Below, piece by piece: positions 38,276 through 47,390 of a DNA stretch of 64,000 nt. The stretch's first letter is position 1, and each line of letters starts with the position of its first letter. Where the stretch lies: NCBI GenBank assembly GCA_963707825.1, contig CAVPRP010000009.1, positions 154,602-218,601 of the forward strand. Reading direction: 5' to 3'. The translations under genes and the position numbers were made by a program. This DNA comes from an uncultured Acidobacteriota bacterium (lineage in GTDB: Bacteria; Acidobacteriota; Vicinamibacteria; Vicinamibacterales; UBA2999). Below the pieces are notes generated by a model that was given only the letters and a program-made list of their open reading frames with translations, did no database searches and was not told the origin of the DNA.

Positions 38276-39676
38276 TTGGTCGAGACGCGGCTCGTGCACG
38301 CGCACGGTCTCGCGTCGCTCGTCACCCTGCTCGTCTCGGCCACCTTCGGGATCATCGTTTCGCTGCAATTGCTGATGCCCGATCTCGGGCAGGACGTGGC
38401 GTGGCTCGGCTGGGGCCGGCTGCGCTACGCCCATACGCAGGGCATCATGCTGGGTTGGCTGGGGAACGCGTTCCTCGCGTTCCTCTACCACGGCGTCCCG
38501 CTCCTCACCGGCCAACCCGTCACCAGCCGCCGCCTCGGCCTCTGGCTGTTCGGGCTGTGGAACTTCGCGGTGATGCTGCCCGGATGGATCCTGGTGCTCT
38601 CCGGCGTCAGCCAGCCGCTCGAGTGGGCCGAGTTCCCGCTCGTGGTGGACGTCTTCGTCATGGTGGGGATGGTGATGGCCGCGGTGCAGTTCCTGCCGTC
38701 GTTCTTCACCCGCGGGCTGGAATCGCTCTACGTCTCCAGCTGGTACATCCTCGGCGGCCTGGTGTTCACCATGCTCGCCTACCCGATGGGCAACATCGTG
38801 CCCGAGTTGATCCCCGGCGCCAGCGGCGCGGCCTTCAGCGGGCTCTGGATTCACGATGCGATCGGATTGTTCGTCACGCCGCTCGCGCTCGCGGTCATCT
38901 ACTTCGTCATCCCGGCGTCCACCGGCCGGCCGATCTACAGCCACTTCCTGTCGATGCTGGGGTTCTGGCTGCTGTTCTTCCTGTATCCGCTGAACGGCAC
39001 GCACCACTACGTGTTCTCCGTGATTCCGATGGCGGCGCAGATCGGCGCGATCACGGCCTCGACCCTGCTGGGCGTGGACGTGATCATCGTCATCACCAAC
39101 CTGTTCCTGTCGCTGCGCGGCGCCGGCTATGTCGCGCGCGATCCCGCGCTGCGATTCGTCGCCACCGGCACGCTGTTCTACTTCATCGTCAGCATGCAGG
39201 GCGCCGCGCAGGCGCAGATGGCCGTGAATCAGGCGGTGCACTTCACCGACTGGGTGATCGGCCACTCGCACCTGGCGATGCTCGGCTTCGCCACGTTCTC
39301 GGCGGCCGGCGGGCTGGTCCACGTGTGGCAACGCATCCCGTGGGCGCGCTACAACGCGCGCGCCATCGAGTGGTCCTACTGGCTGCTGGTCGTGGGCCTG
39401 GTGGTGATGGTGTCGGACCTGACCATTGCCGGCCTGGTCCAGGGACAGCTGTGGACCTCGGGCGCGCCGTGGATCGAGTCGGTGAAGGCGACGCGGCCGT
39501 ACTGGATCGTGCGCTCGCTGTCGGCGATTCCGCTGGCCGCCGGCTTCATCTCGCTGCTGGCAGGCCTCACCACCGGCCCTCGCGGCGCCGGCCTGCACGC
39601 CATCGATTCCCGCATCGGCGCGGAGCCCGTGCCGGCGATCGCGCCCGGCCTCGCCACTCCCGTGGAGGTCGCATGA
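38276..39676 (+). CDS. ccoN: C-family (cbb3-type) haem-copper oxidase catalytic subunit
   Basis: Motifs: RLRYAHTQG (haem b His), GLWIHDAIG (CuB His), LYPLNGTHHY (Tyr six residues before HH, the cbb3 cross-link position), and VIGHSHLAMLG (HxH). The TTG start at 38276 is uncertain. Confidence 0.8.
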   Translation: MVETRLVHAHGLASLVTLLVSATFGIIVSLQLLMPDLGQDVAWLGWGRLRYAHTQGIMLGWLGNAFLAFLYHGVPLLTGQPVTSRRLGLWLFGLWNFAVMLPGWILVLSGVSQPLEWAEFPLVVDVFVMVGMVMAAVQFLPSFFTRGLESLYVSSWYILGGLVFTMLAYPMGNIVPELIPGASGAAFSGLWIHDAIGLFVTPLALAVIYFVIPASTGRPIYSHFLSMLGFWLLFFLYPLNGTHHYVFSVIPMAAQIGAITASTLLGVDVIIVITNLFLSLRGAGYVARDPALRFVATGTLFYFIVSMQGAAQAQMAVNQAVHFTDWVIGHSHLAMLGFATFSAAGGLVHVWQRIPWARYNARAIEWSYWLLVVGLVVMVSDLTIAGLVQGQLWTSGAPWIESVKATRPYWIVRSLSAIPLAAGFISLLAGLTTGPRGAGLHAIDSRIGAEPVPAIAPGLATPVEVA

Positions 39677-40921
39677 GCGCCCAGCCACAGCGTGCGCTGC
39701 GCATGGCCTACGTAGTGGCGAGCGTCGCCGGCGTCGCGTTCTTCGTGATGTCGGTCGTGCTCCTGGGGGTGTGGCCCAAGCGCGTGCTCGACGAGCAGAC
39801 CCGGCTGATGTCGCCGGAGAAGCCGCTCGGGCTGAGTGCCAGCGCCCGGCGCGGGCGCGCCATCTACAGCCGCGAAGGCTGCGCCTACTGCCACACCCAG
39901 CAGATTCGCTACCTGCACTCCGACATGCAGCGGTTCGGCGCCCCGACGCTGGCCTGGGAGACGCGCCTCGACTACCCGCACCTGTGGGGCACGCGGCGCA
40001 TCGGGCCCGACCTGACGCGGGCCGGCGGTACGCGCGCCAGCGACTGGCAATACACGCACCTGTTCTCGCCGCGCGCCGTGGTCCCCGATTCGGTGATGCC
40101 GCCGTATCGCGCGTTGTTCGACGGCTCGCCCGATCGCCCCCGTCAGGAAGCCCTCGATCTCGTCACCTACCTCGACACGCTGGGGCGGGCGCGCGAACTG
40201 GCCGGCCCGGAGGGCGAGGCCCACGCGCGCGAGGCCTGCAACTGCCCCGATGACGAGATGGCGCAGATGGCGTTCGGAGCGCCGCTGAACGCGAGCGCCT
40301 CACGCACCCGCCGGACACACGAAGCGCCGGCGCTGCCGCCGGCCAACGACCTGGCGCGCGGGCAACAGCTTTACGCGCGCCACTGCGCGACGTGTCACGG
40401 CGCGAGTGGCGAAGGGAGACGGACCGGGCGGGACCGCCCTGCTGCCCGTCCCTACCAACCTGGCGGCCCACGACTACTCGCTGACCCGATTGTCCGACGT
40501 GCTCTGGAACGGCGTGGACGGCACCGCGATGCCCGCGTGGCGGGCCCACGCCGCGGAGGATCGGGCGGCGATTGCGCAGGCGGTGCGGGCGCTGCGGGCC
40601 CGCGACGTCGCCGAACCAGCGTTGCCCGAGCACCTGCTCGAAATCGGCCAGCGCGTCTACGCCGCCAACTGTCAGCAGTGCCACGGCGAGCGCGGCGACG
40701 GCAGCGGAACGGCTGCTCAGTCGCTGCCGGTGGCGCCGGTCAGCTTCAGGCGGCAACGGCCGACCTTGCCCGAGAGCCTGCGCGTGCTGCGGAACGGCAT
40801 CGAGGGCACGTCCATGGCGCCATGGACGTCGCGCCTGTCGGACGCGGAGCTCGTCGCGGTGGCACACTATGTACGGAGCTTCTATGCGGGCGAGGCCGCC
40901 CCGGGAGACACCGGCCGATGA
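39673..40921 (+). pseudogene. ccoO: Fused CcoO-like monohaem plus CcoP-like dihaem cytochrome c subunit (three CxxCH); one frame change near 40417
   Basis: ATGA overlap with the ccoN stop. Motifs: GRAIYSREGCAYCHTQQIR, PHLWGTRRIGPDLTRAG, then CATCHGASGEG / (frame change) DGPGGTALLPVPTNL..GVDGTAMPAW, and CQQCHGERGDG..GIEGTSMAPW. Confidence 0.75.
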
Positions 40922-41103
40922 TCACCGACCTCATCGTTCTGGCCTCCGTGCTGTTCACGGTGGCGTTCATCGCCGCGTGGGCCGTGTCACCGGCCCTGCG
41001 TGCCTGGATCGAGCGGCCGAAGCACCGCTTCCACGATCAGACGACCGGCTACGACCGGTCGCAGCAGCGTGACGCCGAGGCCCGGCAGGAGCAGGTGTCG
41101 TGA
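40918..41103 (+). CDS. Small single-pass membrane protein in the CcoQ-like position
   Basis: ATGA overlap with the upstream stop. 61 aa with the N-terminal helix MITDLIVLASVLFTVAFIAAWAV. Confidence 0.45.
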   Translation: MITDLIVLASVLFTVAFIAAWAVSPALRAWIERPKHRFHDQTTGYDRSQQRDAEARQEQVS

Positions 41104-42098
41104 CCGATCTCGAGCCTCGCCCGGACTCCGGGGGATTCACCGTCGTCATTGCGGTCTCGCTGGTCGTTGGCGCGCTGGTCGTCGGCGCCGCGCTCTACGG
41201 CGTGCCCGGAGCGTCGCCGTTGCGCCCGCGCACCGCGGAAGGTGATGCGCCCGCGCGCGTGGTGCCGGCCAACGCTACCGAGGAGTACGGCCGGCGGCTG
41301 ATTGCCCACACCGCCGAACTGCTCGGCCAGGATCATCTGGATCCGGAGCGACGCTACATCAACAGCCGGCTGAACTGCGGCTCGTGCCATCTGGCCACGG
41401 GCACCGAGCCCGGGACGCTCACGCTGCTCCAGACCGACGAGCACTACCCGCGCTTCTCGGGCCGCGCCGGCACCCAGACCGACATCGAGGATCGCATCAA
41501 CGAGTGCATGACGCGCAGCATGAACGGCAAGCCGCTGCCGATGGACAGCCCCGAGATGATGGCAATGGCCGCCTACCTCCGGTCGCTCGGCTCGCAGTAC
41601 GACGCGATGGGCGCGTCGCTCAAGAAAGCCGAGGAGCCGGCGCCGTTCAAGACCCCGGCGCGGGCCGCCGACCTAGCCAAGGGGCAGGAGGTCTACGGGA
41701 CGCGCTGCGCGCAGTGCCATGGCAACGACGGCCTGGGACTGCTGGCCACGACCAGCCGCAGCCAGGGGTACCTGTTCCCGCCGCTGTGGGGACCGGACAG
41801 CTTCAACACCGGCGCCGGCATGCACCGCGTTCTGACCGCCGCGCGCTTCATCAAGGCGCGCATGCCGCTTGGCCAGGCAACGCTCACGGACGAAGAGGCG
41901 TTCGACGTCTCGGCGTTCATCAACTCCCAGCCGCGGCCGGCGATGGCAAATCTCGAGCACGACTATCCGGACAAGGCCACCAAGCCGGTGGACAATCCCT
42001 ACGGGCCTTACGCCGACGACTTCAGCGAGGAGCAGCACCGGTTCGGGCCGTTCCAGCCGATCGAGGAACACTACAAGGCGCTGAAGAAGACGAAGTAG
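41100..42098 (+). CDS. Membrane-anchored dihaem cytochrome c, TsdA (thiosulfate dehydrogenase)-like
   Basis: GTGA overlap with the upstream stop. N-terminal helix FTVVIAVSLVVGALVVGAALYG. Motifs: CGSCH and CAQCH, RINECMTRSMNG, and YLFPPLWGPDSFNTGAGM, as in COG3258/TsdA-type cytochromes (from memory). Confidence 0.6.
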   Translation: MTDLEPRPDSGGFTVVIAVSLVVGALVVGAALYGVPGASPLRPRTAEGDAPARVVPANATEEYGRRLIAHTAELLGQDHLDPERRYINSRLNCGSCHLATGTEPGTLTLLQTDEHYPRFSGRAGTQTDIEDRINECMTRSMNGKPLPMDSPEMMAMAAYLRSLGSQYDAMGASLKKAEEPAPFKTPARAADLAKGQEVYGTRCAQCHGNDGLGLLATTSRSQGYLFPPLWGPDSFNTGAGMHRVLTAARFIKARMPLGQATLTDEEAFDVSAFINSQPRPAMANLEHDYPDKATKPVDNPYGPYADDFSEEQHRFGPFQPIEEHYKALKKTK

Positions 42099-42107
42099 CG
42101 ACGGTCG

Positions 42108-42713
42108 TCAGCGCTTCGCCGCGTGGCGGCGGGTGCCGCCCGCCGCAGCGGGCCGGCTTCTGCGGGCGGGCGATGAACGCGGTGGCGTGTCCCGGGCCGG
42201 TGCGCCCGTCGCGATCCACGCCTCCAGCACCGGCAGCATCCTGAACAATCCCTCGCGGACCGCGGCCACGTGCCGCGAGCCGATTCGTTCGGCGAGCGCT
42301 GCCTCGTAGAACGCCAGCACGTCGTGCCCGTGGGTATATGCCGCCGCGCCGGCCACGGTGAGGCGCACCAGCCGTGCCCGCCCATCCGCGGGATCGATCA
42401 CCAGCTCCACGAACTTCAGCCGCTCCAACTCGCGCAGCGCCTGCCCCACCGCCTGCTTACTGACATCGACCCGCCGGGCGAGCTCGGTCGGCCTGACGCC
42501 GTCGCGCGAGAGGTGCGGCAGCAGCCGCACCAGCGCCGGGGTCAGCAGCCGCCGGCCGGCTTCGCGGTTCACCTCGGCCTGGGCCACCTCGTCGAGCAGG
42601 CGGGCGCACTCGAACAGCAGCGGCCCGAGGCCGGAGGACGACGGCGGCTGGCTCGACGGCGAGGCGAGGCGGGGCACGCGCCGATCATTCCCGAGGCTCT
42701 GGTAATTAGTCAA
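42108..42713 (-). CDS. MarR-family transcriptional regulator
   Basis: Winged-helix segment VRPTELARRVDVSKQAVGQALRELERLKFVELV..DGRARLVRLT. The start is uncertain: TTG 42713, or an internal GTG near 42678. Confidence 0.8.
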   Translation of the reverse strand: MTNYQSLGNDRRVPRLASPSSQPPSSSGLGPLLFECARLLDEVAQAEVNREAGRRLLTPALVRLLPHLSRDGVRPTELARRVDVSKQAVGQALRELERLKFVELVIDPADGRARLVRLTVAGAAAYTHGHDVLAFYEAALAERIGSRHVAAVREGLFRMLPVLEAWIATGAPARDTPPRSSPARRSRPAAAGGTRRHAAKR

Positions 42714-42749
42714 GCCATATTGACCTATTCAATCAAGCATGATTGACTA
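42707..42749. promoter_or_regulatory. AT-rich divergent promoter region with inverted repeat TAGTCAA...TTGACTA (candidate MarR operator)
   Basis: TAGTCAA (42707-42713) and TTGACTA (42743-42749) are reverse complements. The inner sequences TTGACCTA and TCAATCAAG are related half-sites. The site lies between the MarR gene and the hydrolase ATG at 42756. Confidence 0.35.
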
Positions 42750-42755
42750 TCGGCC

Positions 42756-43637
42756 ATGAGCACGCCCGAGTGGCTGGACCGCGCCGGCTGGCCCTACCCG
42801 CCGCGTTTCGTCGCGCTTCCCGAGGGCCGTCTGCACTACGTGGACGAAGGGACGGGCGACACGGTGGTGCTGGTGCACGGCACCCCGACCTGGAGCTACG
42901 AGTGGCGTCACGTGATCGCCGCGCTGAAGGACACGCACCGGATGATCGCCGTCGATCATCTGGGCTTCGGCCTGTCGGATCGACCTACCGGCGCCGGCTA
43001 CTCGCCGGAGGACCACGCGCGGCGGTTCCGCGACGCGATGGCGCACCTCGCGCCAGCTGATCCGATCACGCTGGTGGTGCACGACTTCGGCGGTCCCATC
43101 GCGCTCGACTGGGCGCTCGATCATGCCGCCCGCCTGGCGCGCGTGGTGGTGGTCAATTCATGGATGTGGTCGTTCGACGACGACCCGTCGATGCGGCGAA
43201 AGGCGGCGATGATCGGCGGGGCGCTCGGCCGTTGGCTCTATCGCCGGCTGAACGTGTCGCAGCGGCTGATCATGCCATCCGCCTACGGTGATCGCCGCCG
43301 CCTCACGCCGGCCATCCACGAGCAGTATCTGCGGCTGTTCCCCGATCCCGATTCGCGCGAACGGGTGCTGTTCGCGCTGGCAAAGTCGCTGCTGGGCTCC
43401 AGCGTGTTCTTCGATCGGCTCTGGCAACGGCGAGACCGGCTGGCCGGCGTGCCGGTGCATCTCCTCTGGGGCATGCGCGACACCGCGTTTCCACCGTCCG
43501 TTCTCGAACGCTGGCAGCGGGTCCTGCCCCACGCACACACCACCCGCATCGACGCGGCCGGGCACTGGCCCCACGAGGAAGAGCCGGAGGCCTTCGTGCG
43601 GGCCCTGCGGCGTGTCTGGACAACCGACGGCGGATAG
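42756..43637 (+). CDS. Alpha/beta-fold hydrolase, haloalkane-dehalogenase-like
   Basis: Motifs: VVLVHGTPTWSYEWRH, DHLGFGLSDRP, VVHDFGGPIAL (Asp-nucleophile elbow) and AGHWPHEE. Confidence 0.8.
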   Translation: MSTPEWLDRAGWPYPPRFVALPEGRLHYVDEGTGDTVVLVHGTPTWSYEWRHVIAALKDTHRMIAVDHLGFGLSDRPTGAGYSPEDHARRFRDAMAHLAPADPITLVVHDFGGPIALDWALDHAARLARVVVVNSWMWSFDDDPSMRRKAAMIGGALGRWLYRRLNVSQRLIMPSAYGDRRRLTPAIHEQYLRLFPDPDSRERVLFALAKSLLGSSVFFDRLWQRRDRLAGVPVHLLWGMRDTAFPPSVLERWQRVLPHAHTTRIDAAGHWPHEEEPEAFVRALRRVWTTDGG

Positions 43638-43651
43638 GCGCACACTGTGAA

Positions 43652-45649
43652 TTGCCAAAGGCGCGCTTAACCCGCGCCACGGGGGACCCACCGGTGGGGC
43701 GCATCCAGGATTCACCTGGTAGAGGACTTCAAACCTCGAGCCCGTCAGCTAACCTCGTCGGCAGTTTTGGAGGCTTTCTGTCCAGCGCCGTTCCCCATCG
43801 CGCTCTCTTTCCCCTCACGCTCGCAGCCGTCGGCATCGTTTACGGAGACATCGGCACCAGTCCTCTGTATGCGATGCGCGAGTGCTTCTTCGGCTCGCAT
43901 TCCGTGCCGCCGACGCACGACAACGTGCTCGGTGTCCTCTCGCTGATCGTCTACGCACTGGTGATGGTCATCTCGATCAAGTACATCGCGCTCGTGATGC
44001 GCGCCGACAATCACGGGGAGGGCGGCATCCTCGCGCTTGCGGCGTTGCTGCCGGCGCGCCCCAACACCGGCGCGCCGCCGCCGATGCTGGTGCTGCTCGG
44101 GCTGTTCGGCGCCGCCCTGCTCTACGGGGACGGCATGATCACGCCCGCGATCACGGTGCTGAGCGCGGTGGAGGGCATGAAGGTCATCACGCCGCTCTTC
44201 GAGCCCTACATCGTGCCGGTCACCCTGGGCATCCTCGTCGGGGTCTTCGGCATCCAGCGGCACGGCACCGCCAGGGTGGGCCGGCTGTTCGGGCCGGTGA
44301 TGGTGGTCTGGTTCTTCACCATCGCGGCGCTTGGCTTCAGCGAGATGATGGCCGCCCCCGAAGTGCTCGGCGCCCTCGATCCACGCCATGCCGTGACCTT
44401 CTTCGCCGAGCACGGTCTGCACGGCGTGGCGGTGATGGGCGCGGTGTTCCTGGTGGTGACCGGAGGCGAAGCTCTCTATGCCGACATGGGTCACTTCGGC
44501 AAGAAGCCGATCCGCGTCGCGTGGTTCTCGCTGGTGTTGCCTGCCCTGCTGATCAACTACTTCGGGCAAGGCGCGCTGCTGCTGACGACACCGGGCGCCG
44601 CCGAGAACCCGTTCTTCCTGCTCGCGCCCGAATGGGCGGTGCTGCCGCTGGTGGCGCTCGCCACCGCCGCCGCGATCATCGCATCGCAGGCGCTGATCTC
44701 AGGCGTGTTCTCGCTCACGCGCCAGGCGATTCAGCTCGGCTACTGCCCGCGCCTCGACATCGACCACACCTCGTCCGCCGAGATCGGCCAGGTCTACGTG
44801 CCGCAGGCCAACTGGGCGCTGATGATCAGCACGATGGCCATCGTCATCGGCTTCGGCTCGTCGAGCGCGCTGGCTGCCGCCTACGGCATCGCGGTCACGC
44901 TGACGATGGTGATCACCGCGGTGTTGCTGCACGTGGTCGCCATCGAGCGGTGGGGCTGGCCCCGCCCGGTGGTGTTTGCGGTCACCGGCGTGTTCCTGAC
45001 CATCGACCTGGCGTTCTTCGGCGCCAACGCGCTGAAGATCACCCACGGCGGCTGGCTGCCGCTGGTGATTGGGGCCGCCCTGTTCACGATGATGACGACC
45101 TGGAAGACCGGCCGGCGCATTGTCGCCGAGCGCCTGACCTCGCGGGCCATCCCGATTTCGGCGTTCCTGGAGAGCGTCGAGCGGAAGCACCCGGCCCGGG
45201 TGTCGGGCACGGCGGTGTTCATGACCGCCCAGCCGCGCGGCACGCCGCCGGCGCTGGCGCACAACCTGCACCACAACAAGGTGCTGCACGAACGCGTGCT
45301 CACGCTGCTGGTGACGACCATGCCGGTGCCGTACGTGGAAGACGCCGATCGGCTGACGGTGCAACCACTGGGCCTCGGCGTGTTCGCGGTGACGATGCGA
45401 TACGGCTTCATGGAGGACGTGGACGTGCCCAACGATCTCCAGCGGTATGCTCCGGCCGGCCTGGTGCCGGAGGACGACACCACCTACTTCCTCGGCCGCG
45501 AGACGCTGCTCGTGACCGCGGCGCCCGGCATGGCCAAGTGGCGCGAGCAGCTCTTCGTGCTGATGGCGCGCAACGCCGGCCGGGCCGCCGGCTTCTTCCG
45601 GCTGCCGCCGGAGCGGGTCGTCGAACTCGGCGTCCAGGTCGAACTGTAG
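43652..45649 (+). CDS. kup: KUP/HAK/KT-family potassium transporter
   Basis: Motifs: LAAVGIVYGDIGTSPLYAMREC, GEGGILAL, and the long C-terminal cytoplasmic domain. The start is uncertain: only TTG 43652 is canonical, while GGAGG at 43768 is followed by a CTG. Confidence 0.85.
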   Translation: MPKARLTRATGDPPVGRIQDSPGRGLQTSSPSANLVGSFGGFLSSAVPHRALFPLTLAAVGIVYGDIGTSPLYAMRECFFGSHSVPPTHDNVLGVLSLIVYALVMVISIKYIALVMRADNHGEGGILALAALLPARPNTGAPPPMLVLLGLFGAALLYGDGMITPAITVLSAVEGMKVITPLFEPYIVPVTLGILVGVFGIQRHGTARVGRLFGPVMVVWFFTIAALGFSEMMAAPEVLGALDPRHAVTFFAEHGLHGVAVMGAVFLVVTGGEALYADMGHFGKKPIRVAWFSLVLPALLINYFGQGALLLTTPGAAENPFFLLAPEWAVLPLVALATAAAIIASQALISGVFSLTRQAIQLGYCPRLDIDHTSSAEIGQVYVPQANWALMISTMAIVIGFGSSSALAAAYGIAVTLTMVITAVLLHVVAIERWGWPRPVVFAVTGVFLTIDLAFFGANALKITHGGWLPLVIGAALFTMMTTWKTGRRIVAERLTSRAIPISAFLESVERKHPARVSGTAVFMTAQPRGTPPALAHNLHHNKVLHERVLTLLVTTMPVPYVEDADRLTVQPLGLGVFAVTMRYGFMEDVDVPNDLQRYAPAGLVPEDDTTYFLGRETLLVTAAPGMAKWREQLFVLMARNAGRAAGFFRLPPERVVELGVQVEL

Positions 45650-45668
45650 CCGCAGGTAGCATAGGCGC

Positions 45669-46925
45669 GTGCCGCTGAACCTCACTGACGGCGATTCAAG
45701 CCTGCTCCACGGCGAGGCGGGCGCCACGGCGGCGGCGGCGATGCAGGTGCTCGCGGCGTTCTCGCGTGCCGTCGGCGCCGAGCGGCTGCTGGACATCTCG
45801 CGGGCGCACATCGACGGCTGTCTCTATCACGGCCAGGCCAGCCTGGACTTCGCCGAGCGGCTGACCGCGGGAGGCGGCCGCGTCCGGGTGCCCACCACGC
45901 TGAACGTCGGCTCGATAGACCTGATCCATCCGGAGCTGATCCGCTTGTCGCCGGCGCAGGCGGCGCCCGGGAAGCGGCTGATGCAGGCGCACCTGGCGCT
46001 CGGGTGCGAGCCCTCGTTCACGTGCGCGCCCTATCAAACGCGCTTCCGTCCGGTCGTTCGGCGAACAGATCGCATGGGGCGAGTCGAACGCGATCGTGTT
46101 CGCGAATTCGGTGATCGGCGCGCGCACCAACCGCTACGGCGACTTCATCGATCTGTGCTGCGCGCTCACCGGCCGGGCGCCGGCATGGGGGCTGCACCTC
46201 GACGGGCCTCGCCGGGGACAACTGCTGTTCCGGCTGCAAGGCTTCGGCGACTCGCCCACGCCCACCGACGCGCTGTTCGTCGCGATCGGCCTGATCATCG
46301 GTTCGCGGAGCGGCGATCGCATTCCCGTGATCGAAGGGTTGCCGATGCCGCTCCACGAGGACCAGCTGAAAGGCATGGGCGCGGCCGCGGCCTCGTCCGG
46401 CTCGGTCGCCCTCTTTCATGCGGTCGGCATCACCCGGAGGCGCCGACGCTGGGCGACGCGCTCGGTGGCGGCACGCCCGACGACACGCAGGTCATCACCC
46501 CGGCGGATGTGGCACGCGCGCTGGAATCGCTCTCCACGGTCCCCGCCGGAACCGCGATCACGGCGGTCTGCCTCGGCACGCCGCACTTCTCGCTGGAGGA
46601 ATGGGATCGGCTGCTGCCGCTCTTGAGGGCCGAGGCGCCGTCACGCGGCATTCCCGTCTACGTCAACACCGGCCGGGCGACACTGCGGCAGCTGGAACTG
46701 GATGGGCGCATCGACGGCGCACGCGAGCTCGGTGTGATCCCGGTGGTGGACACCTGCACCTACCTCACGCCCATCCTCGAGCGGCTCGATGGCGCGGTGA
46801 TGACCAACTCCGGCAAGTGGGCGCACTACGCGCCCGGCAACATCGGCGTGCAGGTGGCGTTCGGCTCGCTCGAAGACTGTGTCCGGTCCGCCGCGGAAGG
46901 CCGCGTCACCCGGGTGGCGACATGA
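45669..46925 (+). pseudogene. Aconitase X catalytic (large, DUF521) subunit; two frame changes (~46050, ~46432)
   Basis: Motifs: ISRAHIDGCLYHG, CAPYQ, then [29 protein letters not shown] in the second frame, then back to the first. At 46432 ACCCGG has three Cs where four are needed to read GITPEAPTLG. Confidence 0.75.
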
Positions 46926-47341
46926 GGCGCGAGGCGCAGTCACTGGCCCGCGGCGAGGCCGAGGGCCCGGCGCTCGTGCTCTCGGAGCCGCTCAGTTTCT
47001 GGGGCGGCATCGACGTGGACACCGGCGCGATCATCGACCACTCGCACCCGCAGCGGGGACTGAATGTGGCCGGCCGCGTGCTGGTGATGCCCGGCGGGCG
47101 CGGGTCGTCGTCTTCGTCCGCGGTGCTGGCGGAGGTCATTCGGCTGGGCACCGGGCCCGTCGCGATCGTTCTGGCCACGCCGGATCCCATCCTGACGGTG
47201 GGCGCCATTGTTGCCGCGTTCCTGTACGGACTGAGTTGCCCGATCGCGGTGTGTGACATCGACGGCATCGCGTCAGGGGACCGGCTCCGCGTTCGCGCCG
47301 CTGACGTGGGACCCGCTGACGTGACCGTGCTGGAGGGATGA
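46922..47341 (+). CDS. Aconitase X swivel (small, DUF126) subunit
   Basis: ATGA overlap with the large-subunit stop. Motifs: LSFWGGID..GAIID, GRVLVMPGGRGSSSSSAVL, and PDPILTVGAIVA. Confidence 0.75.
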   Translation: MRREAQSLARGEAEGPALVLSEPLSFWGGIDVDTGAIIDHSHPQRGLNVAGRVLVMPGGRGSSSSSAVLAEVIRLGTGPVAIVLATPDPILTVGAIVAAFLYGLSCPIAVCDIDGIASGDRLRVRAADVGPADVTVLEG

Positions 47342-47390
47342 CGGCCGCGACCGGCCGAGCGCCGGTGGACCGAGGTCCCACTCGCGACCG

